Shown here piece by piece: positions 1 to 8,880 of a DNA stretch of 64,000 nucleotides. Source of the stretch: Chloroflexota bacterium (GTDB lineage Bacteria > Chloroflexota > Limnocylindria > Limnocylindrales > CSP1-4); contig JAJYLZ010000011.1 of the NCBI GenBank assembly GCA_021787395.1, positions 2,196 through 66,195 on the forward strand, written 5' to 3'. Position 1 is the first letter of the stretch, and the number at the start of each line of letters is the position of its first letter. The translations under genes and the position numbers were made by a program. The notes beneath the pieces were generated by a model. That model was not told the origin of the DNA, ran no database searches, and saw only the letters and a list, made by a program, of their open reading frames with translations.

Positions 1-367
1 GCAGCGAGGGGTCGCCATTGGGCGGCACGACCGTCGAGAACGAGCCGTAGCTGGCGGGTGAACCCGTCCCGGAGCTCGCGGCCGCCGCCGTGGACCCCGG
101 CGAGGGCGCGGCCGATGCCGATGCGTCGGGCGACGGGCCGGTGGCCGGGGAGGATGTCGGCGCGGGCCACAGGACCGGCTTGACGAAGGTGCCCGTGACG
201 CTCTGGCCGGTGAACTGGACGGTGGCGACGTTGCCGTCGCGGGCCTGGGCGAGGAACTCGGAGTAGGGGATCGACGCCGACGAGGGGCCCCCGATCGGGA
301 GGAACAGCAGCAGGTTCCAGATCAGGAGCGGCAGCAGCAGGAGCAGCCACTGCGCCCAGCGCGGCAT
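1..367 (-). CDS. ftsH: ATP-dependent zinc metalloprotease FtsH, N-terminal fragment (continues beyond the window start)
   Basis: Reverse translation from ATG at 367 gives MPRWAQWLLLLLLPLLIWNLLLFLPIGGPSSASIPYSEFLAQARDGNVATVQF. This is a short tip, a TM helix, then the I-x-YSEFL motif typical of the FtsH N-terminal domain. It is absent from the ORF track because it has no stop inside the window. An in-frame GTG at 451 is an alternative start. Confidence 0.6.
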   Translation of the reverse strand, partial: MPRWAQWLLLLLPLLIWNLLLFLPIGGPSSASIPYSEFLAQARDGNVATVQFTGQSVTGTFVKPVLWPAPTSSPATGPSPDASASAAPSPGSTAAAASSGTGSPASYGSFSTVVPPNGDPSL

Positions 368-725
368 GCCCGGACGGTCCGGCGGTCGAGGAGGCTGGCC
401 CTGAGGACCCTGCGGGGGGACCGGAGGCCGCTCGCGGGCGGGCGGCGTCACGGGACCGTGGAGCGGCTCCGGCGACGGTCGGCGACCCCGTCGATCGCCC
501 CGATCCGGAGCGCTGGCGCCGGAGCGAGCGGTGCCGGGCTCGCCTCCCTTGTCAGAGCCTGTGTGCGTTGCCAAGCCTCGCGACGGCCTCCCTGTCAAGT
601 TGCTCCCTCGCGAGCATACGCCGTGTGCCGCGGCGGGCCGCTGGCAGCGCCCTTGCGCCCGGCCATGGAGGGGGCAGCCCGCTGCCGCGCCGCGCTCCCG
701 GCTGCGTCTGCCGCCGGGGCGTTCG

Positions 726-734
726 TGCTATCCT
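726..734 (+). promoter_or_regulatory. Candidate extended -10 promoter element (TGCTATCCT) for tRNA-Val and possibly the thrS leader
   Basis: TGn-TATCCT lies 10 nt upstream of the mature tRNA 5' end. The same 12-mer GTGCTATCCTCC recurs upstream of infC (3231-3242). There is no convincing -35. Confidence 0.35.
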
Positions 735-744
735 CCGGCGCCGA

Positions 745-821
745 GGGCGATTAGCTCAGCTGGTTAGAGCGCATGCTTGACATGCATGAGGTCACTGGTT
801 CGAGTCCAGTATCGCCCACCA
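745..821 (+). tRNA. tRNA-Val: tRNA-Val (anticodon GAC), with encoded CCA
   Basis: Acceptor stem GGGCGAT / ATCGCCC. D-arm TAGCTCAGCTGGTTAGAGC. Anticodon stem CATGC/GCATG with loop TTGACAT (GAC). T-arm GGTTCGAGTCC. Discriminator A followed by CCA. Confidence 0.92.
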
Positions 822-850
822 CACAGCGTCGACCGGGACACGCCCGGTCC

Positions 851-1072
851 CGCACCCGCCAGAGAGGCGCGGCCACCGGCTGAGAGCCGCGCCAGGGGCG
901 ACGGGGCCACGGCACCACCCGCGAGCGGCCGGCGAACCGGCCCGGGATCCGCCCGTTAGCGCGGCACGAGAGCGCGGCGGCCGCCCGGGGCGAACCCGGC
1001 GCCGACGCGAAGGCGGGTGGAACCGCGGGAGGTCGAACCTCTCGTCCTGTCGGGACGAGAGGTTCTGTGATT
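851..1072 (+). promoter_or_regulatory. T-box riboswitch leader of thrS (threonine specifier suggested)
   Basis: Elements appear in canonical order:
- AGAGAG bulge at 861-866
- stem GCGCGGC/GCCGCGC closing a CCACCGGCUGAGAG distal loop
- candidate specifier ACC followed by A at 914-917
- F-box CCGTTA at 953-958
- T-box GGGTGGAACCGCG at 1015-1027 (consensus GGGUGGUACCGCG)
- a 13-bp terminator hairpin immediately after
It sits directly upstream of an aminoacyl-tRNA synthetase gene. Confidence 0.8.
1035..1072 (+). terminator. T-box terminator hairpin
   Basis: GAACCTCTCGTCC (1035-1047), loop TGTCG, GGACGAGAGGTTC (1053-1065), followed by TGTGATT. The stem is a perfect 13 bp. The U-tract is weak. 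Confidence 0.6.
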
Positions 1073-1087
1073 CCCGGGAGGTCGGAC

Positions 1088-2938
1088 ATGGCTGACGACA
1101 AGGCGCACGACCACGAGGACGAGGAAGCCCTGGAGGCCCCCATCCGCGGCTCGGCGGACGAGCTGCTGGACGCCGGCGCCCACGCGCCGATCGACGCGAT
1201 GCGCCACAGCGCGGCGCACGTGATGGCCGAGGCCGTCCTCGACCTGTTCCCGGGCGCCCGCCTCGGCATCGGGCCAGCAGTCGAGAACGGCTTCTACTAC
1301 GACTTCGACCTGCCCCGTCCGCTCACGCCCGACGACCTCGCGCTCATCGAGGCGCGGATGGCCGAGAGCATGCGGGCGGACCACGCCTTCGTGCGGCGCG
1401 AGGTCCCGTTCGACGAGGGGCGGGCCGTGGAGGAGGCGGCCGGCCAGCCGTTCAAGGTCGAGATCCTCGACGACCTGGCGAGGAAGGCCGCCGAGACGGG
1501 CACCCCCATGCCGCCGGTGTCGTTCTACGAGCACGGCCCGTTCCGCGACCTGTGCAAGGGCCCCCACGTCGAGTCCACCGGCCGGATCGGCCCGTTCAAG
1601 CTGCTCTCGGTGGCCGGCGCCTACTGGCGCGGCGACGAGAAGCGGCCGATGCTCCAGCGGATCTACGGCACGGTCTGGGAGACGCAGGAGCAGCTGGACC
1701 AGTACCTGTGGCGCCGCGAGGAGGCCAAGAAGCGCGACCACCGCCGCCTCGGCCGGGAGCTGGACCTGTTCAGCTTCCACGAGGTGTCGCCCGGCGCCGC
1801 CTTCTGGCACCCCAAGGGACAGCGGCTGTGGCGGACGCTCGAGACGGCCATCCGCGAGGTGCAGGACCGGCGGGAGTACACCGAGGTCTCCACGCCCATG
1901 GTCGTCTCCCAGCGGCTGTGGGAGGCGTCCGGCCACTGGGCGCTGTACAAGGAGAACATGTTCCTGATCGAGAGCGAGGGGCAGACGTTCTCGCTCAAGC
2001 CGATGAACTGCCCCGAGTCCACGATCATCTACAAGACGCACCTGCGCTCGTACCGGGACCTGCCGCTGCGGCTGTCGGAGTTCGGGCGGCTGCACCGCAA
2101 CGAGCGCTCCGGCACGCTCTCGGGCCTGACGCGCGTCCGCCAGTTCATCCAGGACGACGGCCACATCTACGTCCGCCCCGACCAGCTCGCCGACGAGATC
2201 GCCGCGCTGCTGGGCGAGGTGGACGAGGTCTACGGCTGGTTCGGCCTCAAGCCCGACCTCAAGTTCGGGACGAAGCCGGACAAGGCGCTGGGCGACCCCG
2301 CCCTGTGGGACCAGGCCGAGGCGCTGATCCGCGAGGCGCTCGACCGCGCGGGCCTGCCCTGGACGCTCAAGCCCAAGGACGGCGCGTTCTACGCGCCCAA
2401 GATCGACATCCACATCGAGGACGCCCTGGGCCGGAGCTGGCAGACGGCCACGATCCAGGTCGACCTGACGATGCTGCCCGAGCGCTTCGACCTGACGTAC
2501 ATCGACGAGAGCGGCCAGGCCGTCCGCCCGATGGCGATCCACCGGGCGATCTACGGCTCGCTGGAGCGGTTCATCGGGATCCTCGTGGAGCACTTCGCCG
2601 GCGCGTTCCCGCTCTGGCTGGCGCCGGTGCAGGCCGTGGTGATCCCGATCGCCGACCGGCACGTGCCGGCCGCGCGCGAACTGGCGTCCGAGCTCCGGGC
2701 GGCCGGGCTGCGGTTCGTCGAGGTGGACGACTCGGACAACCGGATGCAGAACAAGATCCGGCTGGCGCAGGGCCAGAAGGTCCCGTACATGCTGATCCTC
2801 GGCGACCGCGAGGTCGAGGCGCGGACTGCCGCCGTGCGCAGGCGGGGCGCCGGCAAGAACGACCCGCAGGAGGTGCTCCCGTGGGCCGAGGTCGCCTGGC
2901 GCCTGGGCGAAGAGGCCCGCGAGAAGCGCCTGGGGTAG
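1088..2938 (+). CDS. thrS: Threonyl-tRNA synthetase (no N-terminal TGS domain)
   Basis: Editing-domain motif RHSAAHVMAEAV, then FYYDFDLP, and class II core motifs (FSLKPMNCPES, RLSEFGRLHRNERSG, GAFYAPKID). ATG at 1088 lies 7 nt after GGGAGG. The track start GTG 1067 lies in the terminator tail and is unlikely. Confidence 0.95.
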   Translation: MADDKAHDHEDEEALEAPIRGSADELLDAGAHAPIDAMRHSAAHVMAEAVLDLFPGARLGIGPAVENGFYYDFDLPRPLTPDDLALIEARMAESMRADHAFVRREVPFDEGRAVEEAAGQPFKVEILDDLARKAAETGTPMPPVSFYEHGPFRDLCKGPHVESTGRIGPFKLLSVAGAYWRGDEKRPMLQRIYGTVWETQEQLDQYLWRREEAKKRDHRRLGRELDLFSFHEVSPGAAFWHPKGQRLWRTLETAIREVQDRREYTEVSTPMVVSQRLWEASGHWALYKENMFLIESEGQTFSLKPMNCPESTIIYKTHLRSYRDLPLRLSEFGRLHRNERSGTLSGLTRVRQFIQDDGHIYVRPDQLADEIAALLGEVDEVYGWFGLKPDLKFGTKPDKALGDPALWDQAEALIREALDRAGLPWTLKPKDGAFYAPKIDIHIEDALGRSWQTATIQVDLTMLPERFDLTYIDESGQAVRPMAIHRAIYGSLERFIGILVEHFAGAFPLWLAPVQAVVIPIADRHVPAARELASELRAAGLRFVEVDDSDNRMQNKIRLAQGQKVPYMLILGDREVEARTAAVRRRGAGKNDPQEVLPWAEVAWRLGEEAREKRLG

Positions 2939-3210
2939 GGGGAGGGGCGCCACCGGTCGCCGCCCTGCGCCGTCGCGTCGCTGCGCCCGATGCGTCGCCC
3001 CGGAGGTGACGATTCCGGCCGGTCGCGGTAGTCTCGTCCCCTGGCTGGCGACGAGCCGCCGGGCGCGCGGCCGAGACCGCCGCCGAACGCGGCGGATCGT
3101 CCACGACGAGAAGACGCTGCGACATCGGGGCCCGGAAATCGTCTCCCGGCAGAGGACCAGACGGCGCCGTACGGCGGTCAGGCAGCGAGGCGTGCGGCAC
3201 CCCCAGTTCG

Positions 3211-3240
3211 TTGCCTGCCGTCGAACCCCTGTGCTATCCT
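3211..3240 (+). promoter_or_regulatory. Candidate promoter of infC-rpmI-rplT (TTGCCT-N18-TATCCT, with TG extension)
   Basis: TTGCCT at 3211-3216, an 18-nt spacer, TGCTATCCT ending at 3240. It lies about 75 nt upstream of the infC start. Confidence 0.35.
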
Positions 3241-3317
3241 CCCGCGGCGACCGCGCCCATGGCCGTGTGCCCTGACGCGCCGCGAGATCAGTTGGATTCG
3301 AGCAAGGGGAAGCCACC

Positions 3318-3956
3318 ATCAGCCGAGACCTGCGCATCAACCAGATGATCCGCGTCCCACAGGTGCGGGTCGTCGACCAAGACGGGCAGCAGCTTGGCGT
3401 CATGGCGACGTACCAGGCGCTGGCCATGGCGCAGGACCGCGGCTTCGACCTCGTGGAGGTCGCGCCGATGGCGGCGCCGCCCGTCGTCCGATTTCTCGAC
3501 TACGGTCAGTACAAGTACGAGCTGACCAAGCGCGAGAAGGAGGCGAAGCGCAAGCAGCGGGCGGTGGAGTTCAAAGAGGTTCGCCTCACGCCGAAGATCG
3601 GCACGGGCGACTTCGACACCAAGGTCCATCGCGCGATCGAGTTCCTCGAGGACGGCGACCGGATCAAGGTGACGGTCCGCTTCCGCGGCCGTGAGCTCAC
3701 CCACCCGGAGATCGGCCGGAGCCTGCTCGCCAGGTTCGGCGACGCGGTGAAGGACCACGGCATCGTGGACCGGGCCCCCGCGCTCGAGGGCAAGTCGATG
3801 TTCATGACGCTCGCCTCGGTCCACAAGCCGAGGGTCCACGAGCACCGCAAGACTGACGGCGAAGCGGGCCAGGAGCCTGCCGCCGCAGCGCCAACGCCGC
3901 CGCCCTCGGCCGGAACCGCGCCAGCGGAGGCACAGGCGCCGCAAGCAGGAGAGTGA
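3318..3956 (+). CDS. infC: Translation initiation factor IF-3, probable non-canonical ATC start
   Basis: ISRDLRINQMIRVPQVRVVDQDGQQLGV aligns by eye with the extreme N-terminus of Bacillus IF-3 (MISKDQLVNEGIRAREVRLI). The frame opens after TGA at 3273, and the only ATG (3345) would truncate conserved residues. AAGGGGA lies 7 nt upstream of ATC 3318. There is an Ala/Pro-rich C-terminal tail. Confidence 0.85.
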   Translation: MSRDLRINQMIRVPQVRVVDQDGQQLGVMATYQALAMAQDRGFDLVEVAPMAAPPVVRFLDYGQYKYELTKREKEAKRKQRAVEFKEVRLTPKIGTGDFDTKVHRAIEFLEDGDRIKVTVRFRGRELTHPEIGRSLLARFGDAVKDHGIVDRAPALEGKSMFMTLASVHKPRVHEHRKTDGEAGQEPAAAAPTPPPSAGTAPAEAQAPQAGE

Positions 3957-3963
3957 GGCCAGC

Positions 3964-4161
3964 GTGCCGAAGATGAAGACCCACAAGGGGACCCAGAAGC
4001 GCGTCGGGGTCACCGGGTCGGGCAAGTACATTCGCGTGAAGTCCTGGCGCGGGCACCACCTCGAGCACAAGTCGTCCCGCCGGACCCGACGCTACGCGGG
4101 CAAGTCGATCGTGGGCCCGGAGCACACCGACCAGCTCCGCCGGCTCCTGCCGTACCTCTAG
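3964..4161 (+). CDS. rpmI: 50S ribosomal protein L35
   Basis: MPKMKTHKGTQKRV... is the classic L35 sequence, in the infC-rpmI-rplT order. Confidence 0.95.
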   Translation: MPKMKTHKGTQKRVGVTGSGKYIRVKSWRGHHLEHKSSRRTRRYAGKSIVGPEHTDQLRRLLPYL

Positions 4162-4173
4162 GAGCCGCACGAG

Positions 4174-4524
4174 ATGGCACGCGTCAAGCGGGGCGTCACC
4201 GCCCACAAGCGCCACAAGCGCCTGTTCAACGAGGCCGAGGGTCGCAAGGGCACTCGCCGCAAGCTCATCAAGGCGGCCCACGAGGCGCAGCTCCACGCCC
4301 TCGCCTACGCCACGCGCGACCGCAAGCAGCGCAAGCGCGACATGCGCGGGCTCTGGATCGTTCGGATCAACGCGGCGGCCCGCCTCAACGGCACCACCTA
4401 CGGCAAGCTGATCGCCGGCCTCAAGAAGGCCGGCGTCGCGCTGGACCGCAAGATCCTCGCCGACATCGCGGTCCGCGATGCCGCGACCTTCGGCCAGATC
4501 GCCGAGGTCGCCAAGAGCGCCTGA
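4174..4524 (+). CDS. rplT: 50S ribosomal protein L20
   Basis: [18 protein letters not shown]... is the classic L20 N-terminus. Confidence 0.95.
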   Translation: MARVKRGVTAHKRHKRLFNEAEGRKGTRRKLIKAAHEAQLHALAYATRDRKQRKRDMRGLWIVRINAAARLNGTTYGKLIAGLKKAGVALDRKILADIAVRDAATFGQIAEVAKSA

Positions 4525-4547
4525 CCCTCCGCGGTCACCCCTCCCGG

Positions 4548-4585
4548 ACCCTCGACGTCGCCGACGCTCGAGGGTTCGTGATTCT
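4548..4585 (+). terminator. Hairpin after rplT (possible weak terminator or attenuator)
   Basis: ACCCTCGA (4548-4555) pairs with TCGAGGGT (4568-4575), followed by TCGTGATTCTC. The stem is short and the U-tract is poor. Confidence 0.3.
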
Positions 4586-4635
4586 CGAGACCCCGGACCA
4601 CTCCCCGAAGACCACAGGACGGATCGCCACCTGAC

Positions 4636-5676
4636 ATGGATCTCGCCCAGCTGACCTCGGACCTCGAGGCCCTCCGCGCCCGGGCCATCGCCGCCGCCGC
4701 GGCCGCGCCCGACACCGCCGCGCTCGACGCGCTCGACGTGGAGGTGCTCGGCAAGAAGGGCGGCATCACGGCCATCCTGCGCAGCATCGGCGCGCTCCCG
4801 CCCGAGGACCGCCCGAGGCTCGGCGCCGTCGGCAACGAGGTGCGCGCCGCCGTGGAGGCGGCGATCAGCGCGGCGCGGGCCCGCCTGTCCGCGTCGGAGC
4901 TGGCCGCGCGCCTGGCCGCGGAGGCCGTGGACGTCACCACGCCCGGCCGGCCCGTCCGGCGGGGCAGCCTCCACCCGATCATGGAGACCGCCCGCGAGAT
5001 CGCCGACGTGTTCGCCCAGTTCGGGTTCGTGGTCTACGAGGGCCCCGAGGTCGAGGACGACGTCACCAACTTCCAGATGCTCAACATCCCGCCCGACCAC
5101 CCGGCGCGCGACCTGTGGGACACCCTGTACCTCGACCTGGAGGGCCGGCTGCTCCGCACCCACACCAGTCCCGGCCAGATCCGGGTGATGCACCAGGAGC
5201 AGCCGCCGATCCGGGCGCTGCTGCCGGGCCGCTGCTTCCGCTACGAGGCGGTTGACGCCAGCCACGCCTCGGAGTTCTTCCAGGTCGAGGGCCTGATGGT
5301 GGACGAGGGCACCTCGATGGCCGACCTCAAGGGCCTGCTCGACCAGTTCGCCCACGCCATGTTCGGCGCCGACCGGCCCACCCGGTTCCGCCCCGGCTAC
5401 TACCCGTTCACCGAGCCCTCGGTCGCGTTCGACATCCTGTGCGTGATCTGCAACGGTGAGAAGTGCCCGGCCTGCTCGCGCACCGGCTGGATGACCATCC
5501 TGGGCGCGGGCATGGTCCACCCGGTGGTGCTGCGCTACGGGGGCATCGACCCGGAGCGCTACCAGGGCTTCGCGTTCGGGATGGGCGTGGAGCGCATCGC
5601 CAACCTCCGCCACCACGTGGTCGACCTGCGGCAGTACATGGAGGACGACCTCCGCTTCCTGGGAGCGTTCCGGTGA
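4636..5676 (+). CDS. pheS: Phenylalanyl-tRNA synthetase alpha subunit
   Basis: HPIMETAREIADVF, NFQMLNIPPDHPARD, TSPGQIRVM, FRYEAVDASH, FTEPS and GFAFGMGVERIA motifs. Confidence 0.95.
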   Translation: MDLAQLTSDLEALRARAIAAAAAAPDTAALDALDVEVLGKKGGITAILRSIGALPPEDRPRLGAVGNEVRAAVEAAISAARARLSASELAARLAAEAVDVTTPGRPVRRGSLHPIMETAREIADVFAQFGFVVYEGPEVEDDVTNFQMLNIPPDHPARDLWDTLYLDLEGRLLRTHTSPGQIRVMHQEQPPIRALLPGRCFRYEAVDASHASEFFQVEGLMVDEGTSMADLKGLLDQFAHAMFGADRPTRFRPGYYPFTEPSVAFDILCVICNGEKCPACSRTGWMTILGAGMVHPVVLRYGGIDPERYQGFAFGMGVERIANLRHHVVDLRQYMEDDLRFLGAFR

Positions 5677-8171
5677 GAGTCCCGCTGTCCTGGCTCCGCG
5701 AGTTCGTCGACATCCAGCTCACGCCCGAGCAGCTGGCCGAGCGGCTGACGCTGCTCGGGATGGAGGTCAAGCACATCGAGCGCTGGGGCGCCGACTGGCA
5801 GAACGTCGTGATCGGCGAGCTGCTGACGGTGGACAAGCACCCCCGCGCGGACCGGCTCCACCTGACCACGGTCACCGTCGGCGGCGAGACCCTCTCGATC
5901 GTCTGCGGGGCCGACAACATCGCCCCCGGCCAGCGGGTCCCGGTGGCGCTGCCGGGCGCGGTCCTGCCCGGCGACCGCCGCATCGAGCGCACCGAGAAGA
6001 TGGGCGTCGTGTCCAACGGCATGCTGTGCTCGGGGGACGAGCTCCGGCTGACGGGCGACGCCGACGGGATCCTGATCCTCCCGCAGGACACCCCGCTGGG
6101 CGTGCCCCTCGCCGACCTCTACGGCGACGTCGTGCTCGACGTGGACGTCAAGCCCAATCGGGGCGACGCGCTCTCGATCCTCGGCCTCGCCCGCGAGGTC
6201 GCCGCGGCGACCCGCCAGGGTGTGCGCCAGCCGCCGATCACGGTGGAGGAGGGGAGCGGCCCCTCGTCGGCTGAGCGGTTCGCCGTGGACGTCCGGGACC
6301 CGGAGCTGTGCCCCCGCTTCGTCGGCCGCTGGGTCGGGCACGTTCGCGTGGGGCCGTCGCCCGACTGGGTCCAGATGCGCCTGCTCGCGGCCGGCCAGCG
6401 GCCGATCAGCAACGTCGTGGACGCCTCGAACTACGTCATGCTCGAGCTGGGCAAGCCCATCCACACGTTCGACGCCGCGGCGGTGGGGGCCGGCCCGGAC
6501 GGACGAGCCACGATCGTCGTCCGGCGTGCCGCGGCGGGCGAGCGGCTCGAGACGCTCGACCACGTGGACCGCGAGCTCAGCCCGGAGGCCCTGCTGATTG
6601 CGGACCCCCGCGGCCCGATCGCCGTGGCCGGGGTCATGGGCGGGGCCAACTCGGAGGTCGCCGAGGCGACGACCGACGTGGTGGTCGAGTCGGCGGTGTT
6701 CGACGCGGTCAGCATCCGGCGCACGGCCTTCCGCCTCGGGCTCCGCTCGGAGGCCTCGAGCCGGTTCGAGAAGGGCCAGGAGACCCGGCTGGCGCGCCTG
6801 GGCGCCGACCGCACCGCGCAGCTCCTCCACGAGTGGGCCGGCGGCGTGGTCGCCCCAGGCCGCGTGGACACGGCCCCCGCGGAGCCGGGGCGCCCCCGCG
6901 TCGCGTTCCGCCCGGCCCGCGTCAACCGCCTGCTGGGGACCGAGCTGACCGCAGACGAGCAGCGCGACCTGCTCGCGAGGGTCGGCGTCGAGACCGAGCC
7001 CGCCGCGCCCGGCGACCGGGTGGACGTGGCCATCACGCCGCACCTGCTGGCCGTCGTCCCGGACGAGGGCTCGGCGATCACCGCCCTGGTGCCGACCTGG
7101 CGGCGGGACATCGCCGTCGAGGCTGACGTGGCCGAGGAGATCGCCCGCGTCCGCGGCTACGAGCTGGTCCCCTCGGTGACCCCCGACACGCTCATGCCGA
7201 CCTTCCGGGCGTCGCCGCTCGAGGTCCGCGAGCTGGTCCGCGAGACGCTCGCCGGGGCGGGGCTCACGGAGGTGGTCACGACCGCCCTGGTGTCGCCGCG
7301 CCACCACGACACCTTCGTCCTGGCGCGCGATGTCCCGTCCATCGAGGGCGAGGACGAGCCGGGCGGCTCCGCGATCGAGGTCACCAACCCGCTCTCGCGC
7401 GACCACTCGCTGCTGCGCAGGAACCTGCTCGGGAGCCTGCTCGACGTGGTGGCGGTCAACCTCCGCCACGGCACGCCCGACGTGGCCGTGTTCGAGATCG
7501 GCAAGGGCTACGCCCGTTCGGGCGCCACGGCGCGCGAGTGGTGGCGGCTGGGCATCGCGCTCACGGGCGCGGCAGAGGAGCCCGGCTGGAACCGCGCCGC
7601 CCGGCCGTACGACCTGGACGACGCGAAGGGCATCCTGGAGCTCGTCGCCCGGCGCGCCGGCCTGCCCAGGCCGGTCTACGAGGCGGAGACGGCCGAGGCG
7701 GTCTTCCACCCGGGCCGGACCGCCCGGGCGGCGGCCGGGGGCGACCTGTTCGCCATCCTGGGCGAGCTGCACCCGGACACCATTGACCGGTGGGGCCTGC
7801 GGTCGTCCCAGCGCGTCATCCTGGCCGAGATCGCGCTGCGCGGCCTGGCCGCCGGACGCCTGGCGCCCGAGAGGGCGCGGTCGGTCGTCCGGTTCCCGGA
7901 GGTCGACCGCGACCTCGCGATCATCGTGCCGGAAGCCACCCCGGCGGCGGCCGTCGAGACGCTCGTCCGGGCGACGGCGGGCTCGCTCCTGCGCGAGGTG
8001 ACCCTGTTCGACATCTACCGCGGCGTGCCGCTGGCCGGCGACGAGAAGAGCCTCGCCTACCGGCTCCGCCTCGGGGCGGGGGACCGCACCCTGACCGAGC
8101 CCGAGGTCGAGGCCGCGGTCGCCGCCGTGGTGGCCGCGCTGCCGGGCATCGGGGGCCGTCTCCGCGCCTGA
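5673..8171 (+). CDS. pheT: Phenylalanyl-tRNA synthetase beta subunit
   Basis: VRVPLSWLREFV is the canonical PheT N-terminus. The tRNA-binding, B3/4, B5 and FDX-ACB regions are recognisable. GTG 5673 overlaps the pheS stop (GTGA). Confidence 0.95.
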   Translation: MRVPLSWLREFVDIQLTPEQLAERLTLLGMEVKHIERWGADWQNVVIGELLTVDKHPRADRLHLTTVTVGGETLSIVCGADNIAPGQRVPVALPGAVLPGDRRIERTEKMGVVSNGMLCSGDELRLTGDADGILILPQDTPLGVPLADLYGDVVLDVDVKPNRGDALSILGLAREVAAATRQGVRQPPITVEEGSGPSSAERFAVDVRDPELCPRFVGRWVGHVRVGPSPDWVQMRLLAAGQRPISNVVDASNYVMLELGKPIHTFDAAAVGAGPDGRATIVVRRAAAGERLETLDHVDRELSPEALLIADPRGPIAVAGVMGGANSEVAEATTDVVVESAVFDAVSIRRTAFRLGLRSEASSRFEKGQETRLARLGADRTAQLLHEWAGGVVAPGRVDTAPAEPGRPRVAFRPARVNRLLGTELTADEQRDLLARVGVETEPAAPGDRVDVAITPHLLAVVPDEGSAITALVPTWRRDIAVEADVAEEIARVRGYELVPSVTPDTLMPTFRASPLEVRELVRETLAGAGLTEVVTTALVSPRHHDTFVLARDVPSIEGEDEPGGSAIEVTNPLSRDHSLLRRNLLGSLLDVVAVNLRHGTPDVAVFEIGKGYARSGATAREWWRLGIALTGAAEEPGWNRAARPYDLDDAKGILELVARRAGLPRPVYEAETAEAVFHPGRTARAAAGGDLFAILGELHPDTIDRWGLRSSQRVILAEIALRGLAAGRLAPERARSVVRFPEVDRDLAIIVPEATPAAAVETLVRATAGSLLREVTLFDIYRGVPLAGDEKSLAYRLRLGAGDRTLTEPEVEAAVAAVVAALPGIGGRLRA

Positions 8172-8259
8172 CGCCGACCGGGCACCCGATGGTCCCCCGA
8201 TCGGCTCATTGCCGCGGCGCTCGGCGCGCTGCTACGCTTCCTGACCGGGGAGAGCCGCG

Positions 8260-8880
8260 GTGGGCGTGCTCGCCGGAACCGCGTGGAGGGCACTGGTGGA
8301 CATCGCGGGCCTGTTCGCGAACGTGAGCCTCACCGACCTGGTGATCCTCGCCTACCTGCTCGGCTGGTTCGTGCTCGGCTTCGCGCAGGGTGCCGTCCGG
8401 CGCGTGGTGGGCGTGCTGACCATGAGCTTCTCGTTCTTCCTCGCGGCCCAGCTCAACGTCTACCTCGGCCCCTTCCTCGCCAGCCACTGGACCCAGTTCC
8501 CCAACGGGTATGCCGAGATGGTGGGCTTCTCCACGCTGTTCGTCGCGGGGGTGGTCGCCTTCGCGCTGATCGTCCAGGGGACGTACAAGCGGGTGGCCCT
8601 GTTCGCGGCGCACCCCATCGTCGACGAGCTGGTGGGCGGCCTCATGGGCCTGATCCAGGGGTTCCTGCTGCTGATGTACGTGGTGATCATCCTCGACCAG
8701 TTCTTCGTGACCGCCTCGCCCGCCGCCAACCCGTCGGAGCTGCCGCTGCTGCGGCCCGTGTGGGACGCCATCAACACCTCGGGCACCGGCAAGGTCCTGC
8801 ACGAGCAGCTGATCCCGAGCTTCATGTCGCTCACGGGCTTCCTGCTGCCGAGCGCCGTCCGCGCCCTGTACGGTCGGTGA
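8260..8880 (+). CDS. CvpA-family integral membrane protein
   Basis: Four predicted TM helices, with an N-terminus LVILAYLLGWFVLGFAQGAVRRVVGV resembling CvpA/YshB. Its position upstream of mutS2 matches Bacillus gene order. Confidence 0.65.
   Translation: MGVLAGTAWRALVDIAGLFANVSLTDLVILAYLLGWFVLGFAQGAVRRVVGVLTMSFSFFLAAQLNVYLGPFLASHWTQFPNGYAEMVGFSTLFVAGVVAFALIVQGTYKRVALFAAHPIVDELVGGLMGLIQGFLLLMYVVIILDQFFVTASPAANPSELPLLRPVWDAINTSGTGKVLHEQLIPSFMSLTGFLLPSAVRALYGR

Noticed and set aside
3006-3275. 89-aa ORF between thrS and infC; also an L20-binding leader
   Set aside because: The ORF is Arg-rich with no SD. The L20 leader is plausible by analogy with Bacillus, but I could not identify its structure by eye, so I do not claim it.
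956-3427. 823-aa minus-strand ORF antisense to thrS (also 1552-3009 and 2571-3200)
   Set aside because: It has Arg/Gly/Pro/Ala-rich low-complexity translation and no motifs, and it is fully antisense or out of frame to an unmistakable ThrRS. This is a typical high-GC shadow ORF.
4525-4635. T-box leaders upstream of pheS (4525-4635) and tyrS (14738-14831)
   Set aside because: The gaps are too short (about 110 and 95 nt), and neither contains a GGGTGG-ACCGCG box.
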